Assembly (NCBI GenBank): GCA_038087875.1
Contig: CM075988.1
Location: forward strand, 6,324,001-6,386,000
Direction of reading: 5' to 3'
Length of the DNA: 62,000 nucleotides
From: Malacoraja senta
Lineage: Eukaryota
Shown here: piece by piece, positions 48,140 through 59,159 of the stretch
Numbering within the stretch: position 1 is the stretch's first letter
Layout of the letters: each line of letters begins with the position of its first letter
Notes under the pieces: generated by a model
The model's input: only the letters and a program-made list of their open reading frames with translations
What the model was told of the DNA's origin: nothing
Database searches by the model: none
Translations under genes and position numbers: made by a program

Positions 48140-51100
48140 TATTTTATTTCGTAGTCACGTGAGAGACTACGTGAAGAACCCCGTACAGCCGCTCGTGTGT
48201 CATTACGTCAGACGCATTGGTGCAGGCAGCCGGTTGGAGCAGCAGAGCTCCTCCAGCGTGGTAAGTTTAAACTTCAGGTAAACAGGTAAGAAATACACAG
48301 AGAGCAAGTTTCATAAATCCACTGGAGGGGAAATTCAGTAATAATGTGGCTCCCAGACGAAGGGGTCCCCAGGATAGGGGTTAAACAGACCAGAACGGTC
48401 AGCCCTGGTGCTGGGAGGGTTTCCCTCCGGTAAGGCATATAGACGCTGGGATTCCTGGGGAGGGGAAATTCAGCAGCAATGAGGTACCCAGACCACAGTG
48501 GTCCCCAGGATATGGGGTAAATGGACCAAAATGGTCAGCCCTGGTGCCGGGAGGGTTCCCTTCCGGTAATAAGAAAATTTGGAGGTTGGCCAGGAGGGAG
48601 CTCCATCTAGATACACTCCAACAGCAGGAGTTGGGTCAGCGCGGGCCTATGGGAGAGCCCGCGCCAGCAGCGCCTTGGACAGGGCTGCTTTATGGGGATG
48701 CCGAGTCTATGGCAGTGCCGGCCTATGGGAGAGACCGCACCAGCAGCGGCTTGTAACAGGGCTGCTTAATGTCTCCCTTATGGAGGAGGACAGCATGTCG
48801 GGTCAGTGTAAATCTGACGCCGAGTCTGAGGGTTTAGCCGTGGAGCATACCACAAGGGATGAAGGGCACGTGTCAGAGGTACCATTCCTGGCAGCAAGGT
48901 TGCCATCCCAACACAATGCAGTGAACACCGCTATCAGAGGCGTTAGAGCCAGCTGCCGAATCTTCTATTCAGGTAAGACCTATTCAACAGGCAAAACCTG
49001 GAGGACGAAGCACAAGCTGTTGGACCAATTAAGGCCAACGACAAGCAAGGCTTCATAGTTTCGGTGACAACGCTCCTCACGTCTTCATGGGCAGTAAGCG
49101 GTTCACTGAAGCTGGAGGCAGCATGAAAGTTGGCCAGAGGGTCCTCGCACTCTACCAGTTCTACTCTACAACTAAGGTACCACTTACAAGTTGTTAAGAT
49201 TTACACTTGGTTGTACAATACACAAATGATTAAGACATTGTCATCTACTCAGAGGCATTTAAACATGTAAAACTGGACATTACTAGCATTCCAAGCAGGT
49301 TGGAATTGGGCCAGAATTGTGTTGAGGCAGGCTCAGTATTTTAGCCAGGATTGCCTTCAAGACAGGCTCGGAAATATGACAAGAATTGTCTTTTGAGTCA
49401 GGCTCAGAATTATGGCCAGAGTGTTTGGGACAGGTTAGAATTATTGGACAGGCTGAGTATTGTGGCCAGGTTTGTCTTGCAAGACAGGCTCAGGAATCGG
49501 GCCAGAGTTGCTATTCAGGGCAGATATGAAATGATGGCAGGAGAGGCCCGTTCATAATGAAAGATGGCTGATTAACAACTGATTTCATAGGGTGTTCCCA
49601 TTTACAGTGATCATCGGAGATATTTGGAGGCATTGCTATGATGAGGCAATATAACAGTATGATGACAATAAATCATTCAAAGAGGACTACTTAGAGTTCA
49701 AAAGCACTTGTTATGTTTTGGCTGGATGATATTTTAATGCTGTATTTTGCTAAAATCCACTGTTTCAGTCTCAAACTATATTTGAGAAATTGGGCTCCTC
49801 TATCCAGTTAAAATAAAGTTGTTATCAAATGGACTAGTTGGTCATTGGGGTTTGCCTTTGGCTATTAGTTGGCCTGTAAATCTGCCCCGGGCAACAGATT
49901 GGAGTCAATAGAAACCTGGAACAGCCTTGTTGTTCTAAGCAGCTTTCTATTCATTAGACTAATTGGCAATGTAATAGATGTGATGCAGCTGTGCAAGTGG
50001 GAGAACTGACAGCATGCTTAATGGCAAACTATTAAGGGCCATGAAGGTCATTGATAACACACCTTTGCTATTACCAGCTGAAGCTACTAAAGTCACTATG
50101 ATGGACAAACAGTATTCAGCATTGCTCCAGTCGTTGATCAATAAATATGTCATTATATTGCAAAATGATGCTAATGGCCTAAGGTGGGAAATTGCGAATG
50201 TCATCTCTAGTTGGAGGTGAAGGAGATTTGCGTGAGTTATTAACTCTGCAGTTATTGTTATCAACTATCTATAGACCCTACGTGTATTTTATGGGTTAAA
50301 GAGTGATTGAGCGAATATGCATATCTGCATGCTCAACTTCATGTTGATACACTATGATGGTGGCATATGATAGTCACGTGGGTGCAATCAAGTAAAAGAA
50401 TCCTGTAATAGGTACATAATCTAATTTGCCACTGGAGTATCATCAAGTACAGATCAATGACAACACAGAATGGGTGTTGGACCACACCGTATTTATGAAA
50501 TTCTGATTCAATGCAACACTGAATATAGATATGTTGTTTTCATGCTAATTCACAGGTTGCAAAAATGTGTGGCATAACAGTGGCGAAAGATACATTCTCG
50601 CTACAAGCAGGAGGAATAGTTTTTTATGTCTTCCTCCATTTTGCTTCATGAGTTGGGTCTTCAAATAAAGTCATCAAGAGCCCGCTTTAGGTTCCAGCTG
50701 TGGGATTGGCCTATGCAGTTTGATTCCCGATTTGTCGGGAATAATAATAATGCAACCTTATATGGTTATTTTAAACGTAACTTGCTGGTTCAGCCTGTGG
50801 CTCGGGAAATCAGCCGTTGCATGATAAAATCAATTTATGTTCTACAGATTCTCAATAGACTGCCTACAGCTTGGGTTGTCACCCCTATTCTTGTATGTAT
50901 TCAGAGTGCTGGGATAGTACCAAAAAGCAGTATTTTGCTTCTTCAGGAGATGGGAAGCGTTTGTTTAATGCTCATGTTACATTTAAAATGGTACAGATTT
51001 TGGAGCTCTTGGAGTTCATTTTTAATGATCTTTGACAATATTGAGTTATAGGGTCATTAACGGTGCCAAGGTGCTTTCCATCCGATTTGCTGCAGCAAAC

Positions 51101-52297
51101 GGGATCCACTTTGTTGAGTTCACCCCGGATATCGAGTTAGTAAAGGATATCCTTAACACAAGTTTCCCAGGGCAAGTACAATGCAGTATGGGATGTTGAC
51201 ATTGTGTTAACACTATTTTCACCAGGGGGTTTCTAGCTACATTCTTAGCTTTGGCAGATCTCATTAGGTAGTTATCCTCCTGGCGCTGGTTTAGCGCAAC
51301 AGGTCAGTCGCTACATAATTGCGACGGGACAGGATGATTACATCTGTAAATAATATGTATAGTATTTTATCTTTATAATTTACTTAAGCAGAGCAGAAGT
51401 GGTGTCAGGTCTCAAAATAGGTCATGGCATATCCAGGGACCTTTAGTTATGTGAGGGCTCACATATACAACAATATGTCAAGGTCACCAAGAGCCTTCGA
51501 GGCTCTTAGCTAGCTATGATTGTTAGTTACAAAAAACTTTATAAGAACATATCAGTTCAGACCATTTCCAGGTGATAAAACGGAGTTGAGTTATGCAGGA
51601 GTAGATACTGATTCCAGATCTCACTCTACCAGGGCTGCTACAACAGCAGCAGCAACGGTTAATTATGTCTCGCTGGACCACATCTTAACGGCTGAAGCAT
51701 GGTCAAAAGAACGAATTTCCAAACATTTTATAATAACCCGTTGCCAGATCAGGGTATTTCTCAATCATATTTTACGTTCTGTTTATAGGTTCCATCAGGA
51801 TGAGAGATGGGACTATTATGATTACTTCATTTAACAGCATCAGCATGTTTTAAATCTATGTCATGACTGTATGCATTATGAATGTTTTCCCTCATTTGTC
51901 AATGAAGCAGTTGTGGTTGTGTAGACTTGTTTCTCGCGGCATGAAATCACAGAGCTTTGAAATCTTCACGTAGTCACTCACGTGACTCCGAAGTAAAATA
52001 GTAAGATTAAACGAGAACTTACCAGTTTGAAGTTTGATCTTTATTTTATGAGGAGTTACGATGAGGGACTACGTGCCCTCCCCTCCCAACCCTCATAAAT
52101 ATCATCTGGTAGTTCTAGTCTTCTCTCGTCTTACTATTATACTTCAGTCACTATTATCTGTGATTTCACACCGCTGCTTTGAAGATTGACGCACGTGCGG
52201 CTGTACGGGGTTCTTCACGTAGCCCCTCATCGTAACTCCTCATAAAATAAAGATCAAACTTCAAACTGGTAAGTTCTCGTTTAATCTTACTATTTTA
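48140..52297 (+). mobile_element. Full-length DIRS1-type element with decayed ORFs
   Basis: Left ITR 48167-48203 pairs with right ITR 52187-52222; ICR 51964-52075 is complementary to both termini; relic WLDDIL near 49720, QNDANGLRW (RNase H) and HSTRAA at 51622-51633. Confidence 0.9.
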
Positions 52298-52479
52298 TAT
52301 CCCTTCTGAAATATACAACAGTTCCCTCTCCCCCAGGCAACGGAGCGGTGGTGCTGCCATTCCATTCAAAGCAAGAGTCTGCACAACCTGCGCTGATGTG
52401 GTGTGTAACATTTAACGACTGGATCACTTGCAGCTGCCTTATCACCCTACGCTGCTGCCGTGTCGGAGCCTGATGATGG

Positions 52480-52660
52480 ATGAAATTCCTTGGCCCTTTT
52501 CTGCAGCCGTTTCCATCGAGGTTGCAACTGTGCAAGCCAAGCCAAGCCAAGCCAAACACAAGACCCTGCATGCTTAACAATCTTGACTGAATCCGTTCAT
52601 CATTTAAGCTACACAAAAATCTACCCTGCAGTGCACATTTAAGATTCCCCACCGTTGCAA
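52480..52660 (-). mobile_element. Ty3/Gypsy gag relic
   Basis: LKCALQGRFLCSLNDERIQSRLL..GLVF then VATSMETAA resembles the LRDRxVCGxxDxxIQxRLL...AxxMExA gag motif; interrupted by (CCAAG)n. Confidence 0.55.
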
Positions 52661-52689
52661 TGTCTGGGTAAATCTATTTATTCAGTGAT

Positions 52690-53115
52690 GTAGCACAGTT
52701 ATAAGGTGAGAGGGGGAAAGTTTAATGGAGATATGCGGGGTAAGTATTTTACACCGAGGAGGGTAGGGGGCCTGTAACGCATTGCCAGGGGTGGTGGTGG
52801 AGACAGATATGATCCAGTCTGAAGAAGAGTCTCGATTCGAAAAGTCACCCATTCCTTCTCTCCAGAGATGCTGCCTGTCCCGCTGAGTTACTCCAGCCTT
52901 TTGTGTCCATCTTCGGTTTAAACCAGCATCTGCAGTTCCCTCGTACACAGATATGATAGTGACGTTGAAGAGGATTTTGAGTCGGCACATGGAAATGCAG
53001 GGAAGCGAGAGATATTCAGGTAGGCAGATGAGATCAGTTTAACCTGGCCTCGTGTTTGACACAAACATTGTGGGCCGAAGGTCCGATCCCTGTGCGGGAT
53101 TGTTCTGTGTTCTAC
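52690..53115 (+). mobile_element. CR1 3' end with Penelope terminal-repeat insert (52814-52946)
   Basis: 11-bp TSD ACAGATATGAT at 52803-52813 and 52947-52957. Confidence 0.75.
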
Positions 53116-53190
53116 GTCAATATCACGGTCGACTGTTTCTCCTCATTTTTATTTCCTCAAACCAAATTCATAATTGTTATGGAAGAAGCA

Positions 53191-53480
53191 AGGGACGGCA
53201 CAGTGGCGCAGCAGTGGAGTTGTTGCCTTACAGCCCCAGAGACACGGGTTGTATCCTGACTACTGGTGGTGTCTGTACAGAGTTTGTACGTTCTTCCCGT
53301 GACGGCGTGGGTTTTCTCTCGATGCTGCGGATTCCTCCCACATTGCAAAGACGTACAGGTTTGTAGGTTAATTGGCTTCGGTAAGTTGTAAAATTGTCCC
53401 ATGTGCGTGTAGGTTAATGCTGGTCAGCATGGACTCGGTGAGACGAAGGGGTTGCTTCCACACTGTATTTCTAAAGTCTA
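53191..53480 (+). mobile_element. HE1-like SINE
   Basis: Head, central domain and tail. Confidence 0.8.
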
Positions 53481-53574
53481 ACATCTAAAGTTTAAACAAG
53501 TGTAAATAGACGATTGATGGTCGGCATGGACTCTGGGCTGAAGGGCCTCTTTCAATGCTGTATCTTTCAATCGA

Positions 53575-54870
53575 TGCAAAATTAGAGCACATGGTATTGG
53601 GGGTAGGGTATTGGCATGGATAGAGAATTGGTTGGCAGACAGGAAGCAAAGAGTAGGAATTAATGGGTCCTTTTCAAAATGGCAGGCAGTGACTAGTGGA
53701 GTGCCGCAAGGCTCGACACTGGGACCCCAGTTATTTGCAATACATATTAATGGTTTAGACGAGGGAATCAAATGTGACATCTCCAAGTTTGCGGATGACA
53801 CAAAGCTGGGTGGCAGCATGAGCTGCGATGAGGATGCTATGACACTGCAGGGTAACTTGGATAGGTTGGGTGAGTCGGCAGATACAGTATAATGTGGATA
53901 AATGTGAGGTTATCCACTTTGGTGGCAAGAACAGGAAGGCAGATGATTATCTGAATGGTAGATAGACAGACTCCAGTCTGAAGAAGGGTCTCGACCCGAA
54001 ACGTCACCCTTTCCATCTCTCCAGACAAGCTGCCTGTCCCGCTTATTTACTCCAGCTTAATGTGTCTATCTTCGGTTTCAATCAGCATCTGCAGTTCCTT
54101 CTTACACATTATCAGAATGGTGTCAGATTAGGAAAAGGGGAGGTGCAACGAGACCTGGGTGTGTTTGTACATCAGTCATTGAAAGTAAGCATGCAGTTAC
54201 AGCAGGCAGTGAAGAAAGCTAATGGTATGTTGGCCTTCATTGCGAGAGGATTTGAGTTTAGTAGTAAAGAGGTCCTACTGCAGTTGCACAGGTCCCTGGT
54301 TAGACCGTATTTGGAGCATTGTGTGCAATTTTGGTCTCCTAATTTGAGGAAGGACATTATTGCTATTGAGGGAGTGCAGCATAGGTTCACCAGGTTAATT
54401 CCCGGATGGCGGGACTGAAATATGATGAAAGAATGGGTCGACTAGGCTTGCATTCACTGGAATTTAGAAGGATGAGAGGTAATCCTATAGAAACATATTC
54501 AATTCTTAATGGGTTGGACAGACTAGATGCGGGAAAACATTTCCCGATGTTGGGGTAGTCCAGAACCAGGGGTCACAGTTGAAGAAAAAGGGGTAGGCCA
54601 TTTAGGACTGAGATGCGGAAAAACGTTTTCACCCAGAGAGTTGTGAATCTGTGGAATTCTCTGCCACAGAAGGCAGTGGAGGCCAATTCACTGGACGTTT
54701 TCAAGAGAGAGTTTGATTTATCTCTTAGGGCTAAAGGAATCAAGGGATATGGGGAAAAAGCAGGAACGGGGTACTGATTTTAGATGATCAGCCATGATCG
54801 TATTGAATGGCGGTGCTGTCTCGAAGGGCTGAATGGCCTGCTCCTGCACCTATTTTTCTATGTTTCTATG
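53575..54870 (+). mobile_element. CR1 LINE (RT to 3' UTR), 5'-truncated
   Basis: SGVPQGSTLGPQLF...SKFADDTKLGG...RPYLEHCVQFWSP; Penelope insert at 53960-54107 with a 14-bp TSD (1 mismatch). Confidence 0.93.
53978..54005 (+). ncRNA. Minimal hammerhead-ribozyme-like motif
   Basis: CUGAAGA-A-GGGUCUCGACCC-GAAAC-GUC. Confidence 0.6.
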
Positions 54871-55129
54871 ATCACTGAAATAGCCTCCACCTGTGCATTC
54901 CCATTCTGTGACCGTGTTGTGCAAACTTCATGCATAAACAGGCTGCTGTGATGTACCTGCGATACCACAGCGACAGCAATACCAAATGTCTACCCTGTAA
55001 CCACAGGCAACACAAATAAATGGACTGAAATCCCTCTGTAAGCTGTTAATAATGAAAATGTTAAAAAAGAGGGAGAAAAATTCTGACAGTGATTTAAACA
55101 CTGATTAGTAGCTTAAACTCAGTGCAGAT

Positions 55130-55412
55130 GGAGATTTACAGAGCATGGAAACTGGGCCTTCAGCCCACCGAGTCCGTGCCGACCAGTGATCATCCCTTCC
55201 ATCCACCAGCACTATCCTACACACTGGGGACAATCTAAAGGAGCTAATTAAGCTACAAACTTGCACATCTTTGTGAGGAAATCCGGGCAAAACCCATGCA
55301 GGTCACGGGGAGAACGTACAAACTCCACACTGACAGCACCTGTAGTCAGGATCGAACCCGGGTCTCCGGTGCTGTAAGACAGCAACTCTACAGCTGCGCC
55401 ACTGTGCCGCCC
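55130..55412 (-). mobile_element. HE1-like SINE
   Basis: Reverse copy with GGATCGAACC. Confidence 0.8.
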
Positions 55413-55685
55413 GGAATTGATGGCAGATTGCCAGATTGATGACCCCGATGTTTATCAGGGACAGGGAGCAAGGATCATAGGGCCCATCGCTCACCTCTTG
55501 TGCCTCTGAGACACGGTGATTAACTCGTCAACCTTCTAGCCATATTCTGAAGATACAAAGAATAAAGATTAATGCTGGCGATCTATTCCGTAAGGATTCT
55601 GTCGTTTTCTCAAATAATTTAATCGAATACTTTTTTTTTTTGCAGTTGTTCTATAAAAAAATATTGGAGAAACAGGGAGAAATTG

Positions 55686-56125
55686 TGCGGCATGGTGGCG
55701 CAGTGGTGGAGTTGCTGCCTCACAGCGCCAGAGACCCGGGTTCAATCCTGACAATGGGTGCTGTCTATAAGGAGTTTGTACGTTCTCCCTGTGATCGAGT
55801 GGGTTTTCTCCGGGTGCTCTGGTTTCCTCCCACACTCCAATGATTTGTAGTGCGTAGGATAAGTTCATAACTTCATTCGTTTTCGGAGCAGAATGAGGCC
55901 ATTCAGACCATCAAGTCTACTCCGCCATTCAATCATGGTTGATCTAGCTTTCCCTCTGAACTCCAGTCTCCTGCATTCCCCCCATAACCCCTGATCCAGA
56001 ATTTGTCAATCTCCGCCTTAAAAATATCCATTGACTTGGCCTCCACTGCAGTCTGTGCTGGTGTAAGGGGTGATCAATTGTCAGCGAGGACTCAGTGGGC
56101 TGAAGGGCCTGTTCTGCGCTGTAAC
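55686..56125 (+). mobile_element. HE1-like SINE interrupted by a reverse CR1 3' end (about 55862-56058)
   Basis: The SINE halves are colinear around a CR1 UTR. Confidence 0.7.
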
Positions 56126-57134
56126 TTGGAAAAAGTTTTTTTTGTCGGTTTGGCTGGTGAAGTTGGCAGTGAGTTGGCGTGAAGGAAACTCCCGGAATGG
56201 CTGGATTGATAGGGGCTCGTGCGTACCAACCTGAACACAGCGTGAATCAGTGGGAGGTCGGCATGTTCCCAGCAGAAAGCTGTGGCAGTTCCCAGGCTAG
56301 AACTGAGGCAGAACAGAGAGTCTGGCTGTTCCTTCGTTAGAGTCCTTGATGAGTGTCAGCACTGAGTTAAGGGTTCAATCACGTCCATGCCAAATGCTCG
56401 CTATTAACTGGGACAATAGAGGCTTAGAAAGAGGAAACAGGTATTCACTCACCTTACACCCGGCAACACAGGATGGTATTAAGAAAGTGTCAAAGGTAAT
56501 CTCACGGTTCCACTTGATGTTGAACAGCCAGCAAACACAAGGGGAGGGGGGAGGGGGGAGGGGGGAGGGCGTTAGGTACTGCTGTTGACATCGGTCAAGC
56601 TCTGCTATATGTATGGGAGCTCTGTTTGAGTGCATGATCTGGGATGCACATAAATGTCGCGGAAAATGACTCTCGCTACCTCCAGCAACAATGCTAATTG
56701 TTTGCAATTCCAGAGAGTGTGCAGAGTTGCAGTTGGGATCATTACAGCCAAACGCCCAGGCGTTGATGCAGCACTTGAGGCCCATGCTTCACAGTCATGG
56801 GGTCTGTCTCCCACTCGGGGAGTTGATTTGAGTGGGGAGCTCCCGGGATGTGCCCGGGATGTGAACAGGGATGGCCGAGAACGAAGAATGATCTAGCAGC
56901 GGGGAGCTGAGTGCTGAGAATGAAGGAGCCCCCTGCAGCGGCACCAGGCCCGGGTTCACCGCTGCCAGAAGATAAGAATGTACCAAGAACATTGGCAACT
57001 TTGCCAGCGCCAGACACATGGCGACTCTCTGGGTGAAGTCTGCTGTATCACCTTGCCGGAGTGGATGCAGAAACGGCACCTAGATAGACACGACAATAAA
57101 GTATCATCGAATCGTTGCATCAAGCTGCACAAGT

Positions 57135-57275
57135 GGGAGAGGGGAGGCTGGGGTGGGGGGTGGGGGGTGGCTGAGGGTGGGGGGGTGGCTGGGTGTGTGG
57201 GTGGGGGTGGCTGGGTGTGTGGGTGGGGGTGGGGGTGTGTGGGTGGGGGATGGCTGAGGGTGGGGGTGGGGGGGT
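57135..57275 (+). repeat. G-rich low-complexity tract
   Basis: Many GGG runs separated by T, TG or CT. Confidence 0.85.
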
Positions 57276-57704
57276 GGATGATGCCTTCGCTGTGGCTACC
57301 TCTGTATTGCCAGGTCAGTGTGGGGCAAACAAAACCCACCTCGGCCACACGCACAGTCTCAGCCTCCACCTCCTGACCCACTGCCAGTGACAAAGATCCA
57401 AGAACTGTCCCGGACTGGGATCAATTGCTCCTTCATGTCTCTGAATGCACGCGAGGGCCCACACTGCGCCCACACTGAGGGCGAAGGCCAGCCTCGGACA
57501 GTGGCAGTCCATGCCTTCAGGAGAAAATCAATGAGACGGTCTCACGCTGGTCGCTAATGCAGAGAAAGCAACAAAGCAGATGGCAGCAATTGGCCACTGT
57601 ACCCTGGTAAAAACTACGAGAAATAATATTTACACGGCATCTTTCACAACATGCAGTGTTTACCAGCCAATGTGCATTCAAAGTGTAGTGAATGCTTTCT
57701 TTTA

Positions 57705-58012
57705 AAGATACACAGTAGTGTGAAAACAAGCCCTTCGGCCCATCGAGTCCAAGCTGATCATTGATCAGCCATTCACACTAGTTCTATGTTATCTCACTAA
57801 CTCATTCGATTCGGGACAATTTACAGAGGCCCAATTAACCCACAAACCCGAACATTTTTGGATGTGGGAGAAAACTGGAGCACCTGGAAGAAGCCCACGT
57901 GGTCACAGGGAGAACATGCAAACTTCACGCAGACAGCACCCGAGGTCAGGATTGAGTGCTCTCTGGCGCGGTGAGGCAGTTGCTCTACCAGCTGCACCAC
58001 TATGCTGCTGCC
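57705..58012 (-). mobile_element. HE1-like SINE (diverged)
   Basis: Reverse body AACATGCAAACTTCACGCAGACAGCACCCGAGGTCAGGATTG. Confidence 0.75.
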
Positions 58013-58039
58013 CAGAGATTATTTCACATAACGTTCTTA

Positions 58040-59060
58040 TGTAGAAGGCCATGGTATCAGACATTATTGCAGAAAATAAAAGGTCATGTCGCTGGAGGTT
58101 ACATATTGGCATGGGTAACAGAACATACTGGCAAGATTGGATGGCTGACAGGCAACTGAATAGATATAAACAGTTTTTTTCTCTGGTTGGCAAGCTGTAA
58201 CAAGTGGTGTGCCTCATGGACAGATGCTGATGCTTCATGTTTTTCCAATGAACATGAATGACTTGGTTAAAGGCACCGACATATGTTTGCTAACTTTGTT
58301 TATGACACCAAGTTCGGAAGAAGAGTAAGTTAGACCGAGGATAGGAGGAGGTGAGAAATGTGTCTGGATAGGTAAAATGAGAGGCCAGGTGGTGTATAAC
58401 TTGGAAAAACGTGAAATTAACCTTTTATCATGGGGGAAAAATAAAAAAGAAGCGCAATATCCCAACGGTGAGAGAGTGAGTGGCGAGAAACTAGTGTACG
58501 ATTGACAAAAAGGCTCGTGTGCAGATTGGCAAGCGATTCGAAAAGTTAACGGAATGTTATCTTTTATTGCCAGCAGAACCGGCTGCAAAAGCAGTGGATT
58601 TATGCTGCGCTTTCGGCCCGAAACGTTGCCTATTTCCTTCGCTCCATAGATGCTGCCTCACCCGCTGAGTTTCTCCAGAATTTTTGTCTACCAATTTTCC
58701 AGCATCTGCAGTTCCTTCTTAAACATTAGTGAGACTGCATCTGGAGCATGTGTGCATTGCTGGCCTTCTTATTTAAGGAAGGAATGCAATGCGTCAAGAG
58801 CAGTTCAGTGGAGGTTTTACGAGATAACACTGGAATGGTTAGATTGCCTTGTGAGGTGACTTTGGACACGCTAGACTTGTATCCACTGGATAGACACACA
58901 AAGCTGGAATAACTCAGCGGGTCAGGCAGCATCTCTGGAGAGAAGGAATGGGTGATGTTTCGGGTCGAGGCCCTTCTTCAGACTGGAAGACTAGTGTCCA
59001 CTGGAAGTTAGAAAATGGAAAGGCGGTTGATTGGAACATAGAAGGTCCTGAGTGGTTGTG
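58040..59060 (+). mobile_element. Old degenerate CR1 with two Penelope terminal-repeat inserts
   Basis: Relic GGCAAGCTGTAACAAGTGGTGTGCCTCA (WQAVTSGVP); inserts at about 58610-58725 and 58890-58990. Confidence 0.65.
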
Positions 59061-59159
59061 GAAGGAATTTGTGGTAGCACAGTGGTGCAACTGGTAGAGA
59101 CACTGCCTTGTATGGTCAGAGATATGGATTCAATCCTGATCTGTGGTGCTGCCTGCCTG

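Noticed and set aside
48579..49058. 159-aa ORF as a host gene
   Set aside because: It lies inside the DIRS 5' region and has no recognisable domain; at most a gag remnant.
49294..49512. Repeat-spacer-like pattern
   Set aside because: Degenerate tandem units with no conserved repeat and unique spacer structure.
56956..57393. Pro-rich and Gly-rich ORFs
   Set aside because: They arise from the G-rich low-complexity tract.
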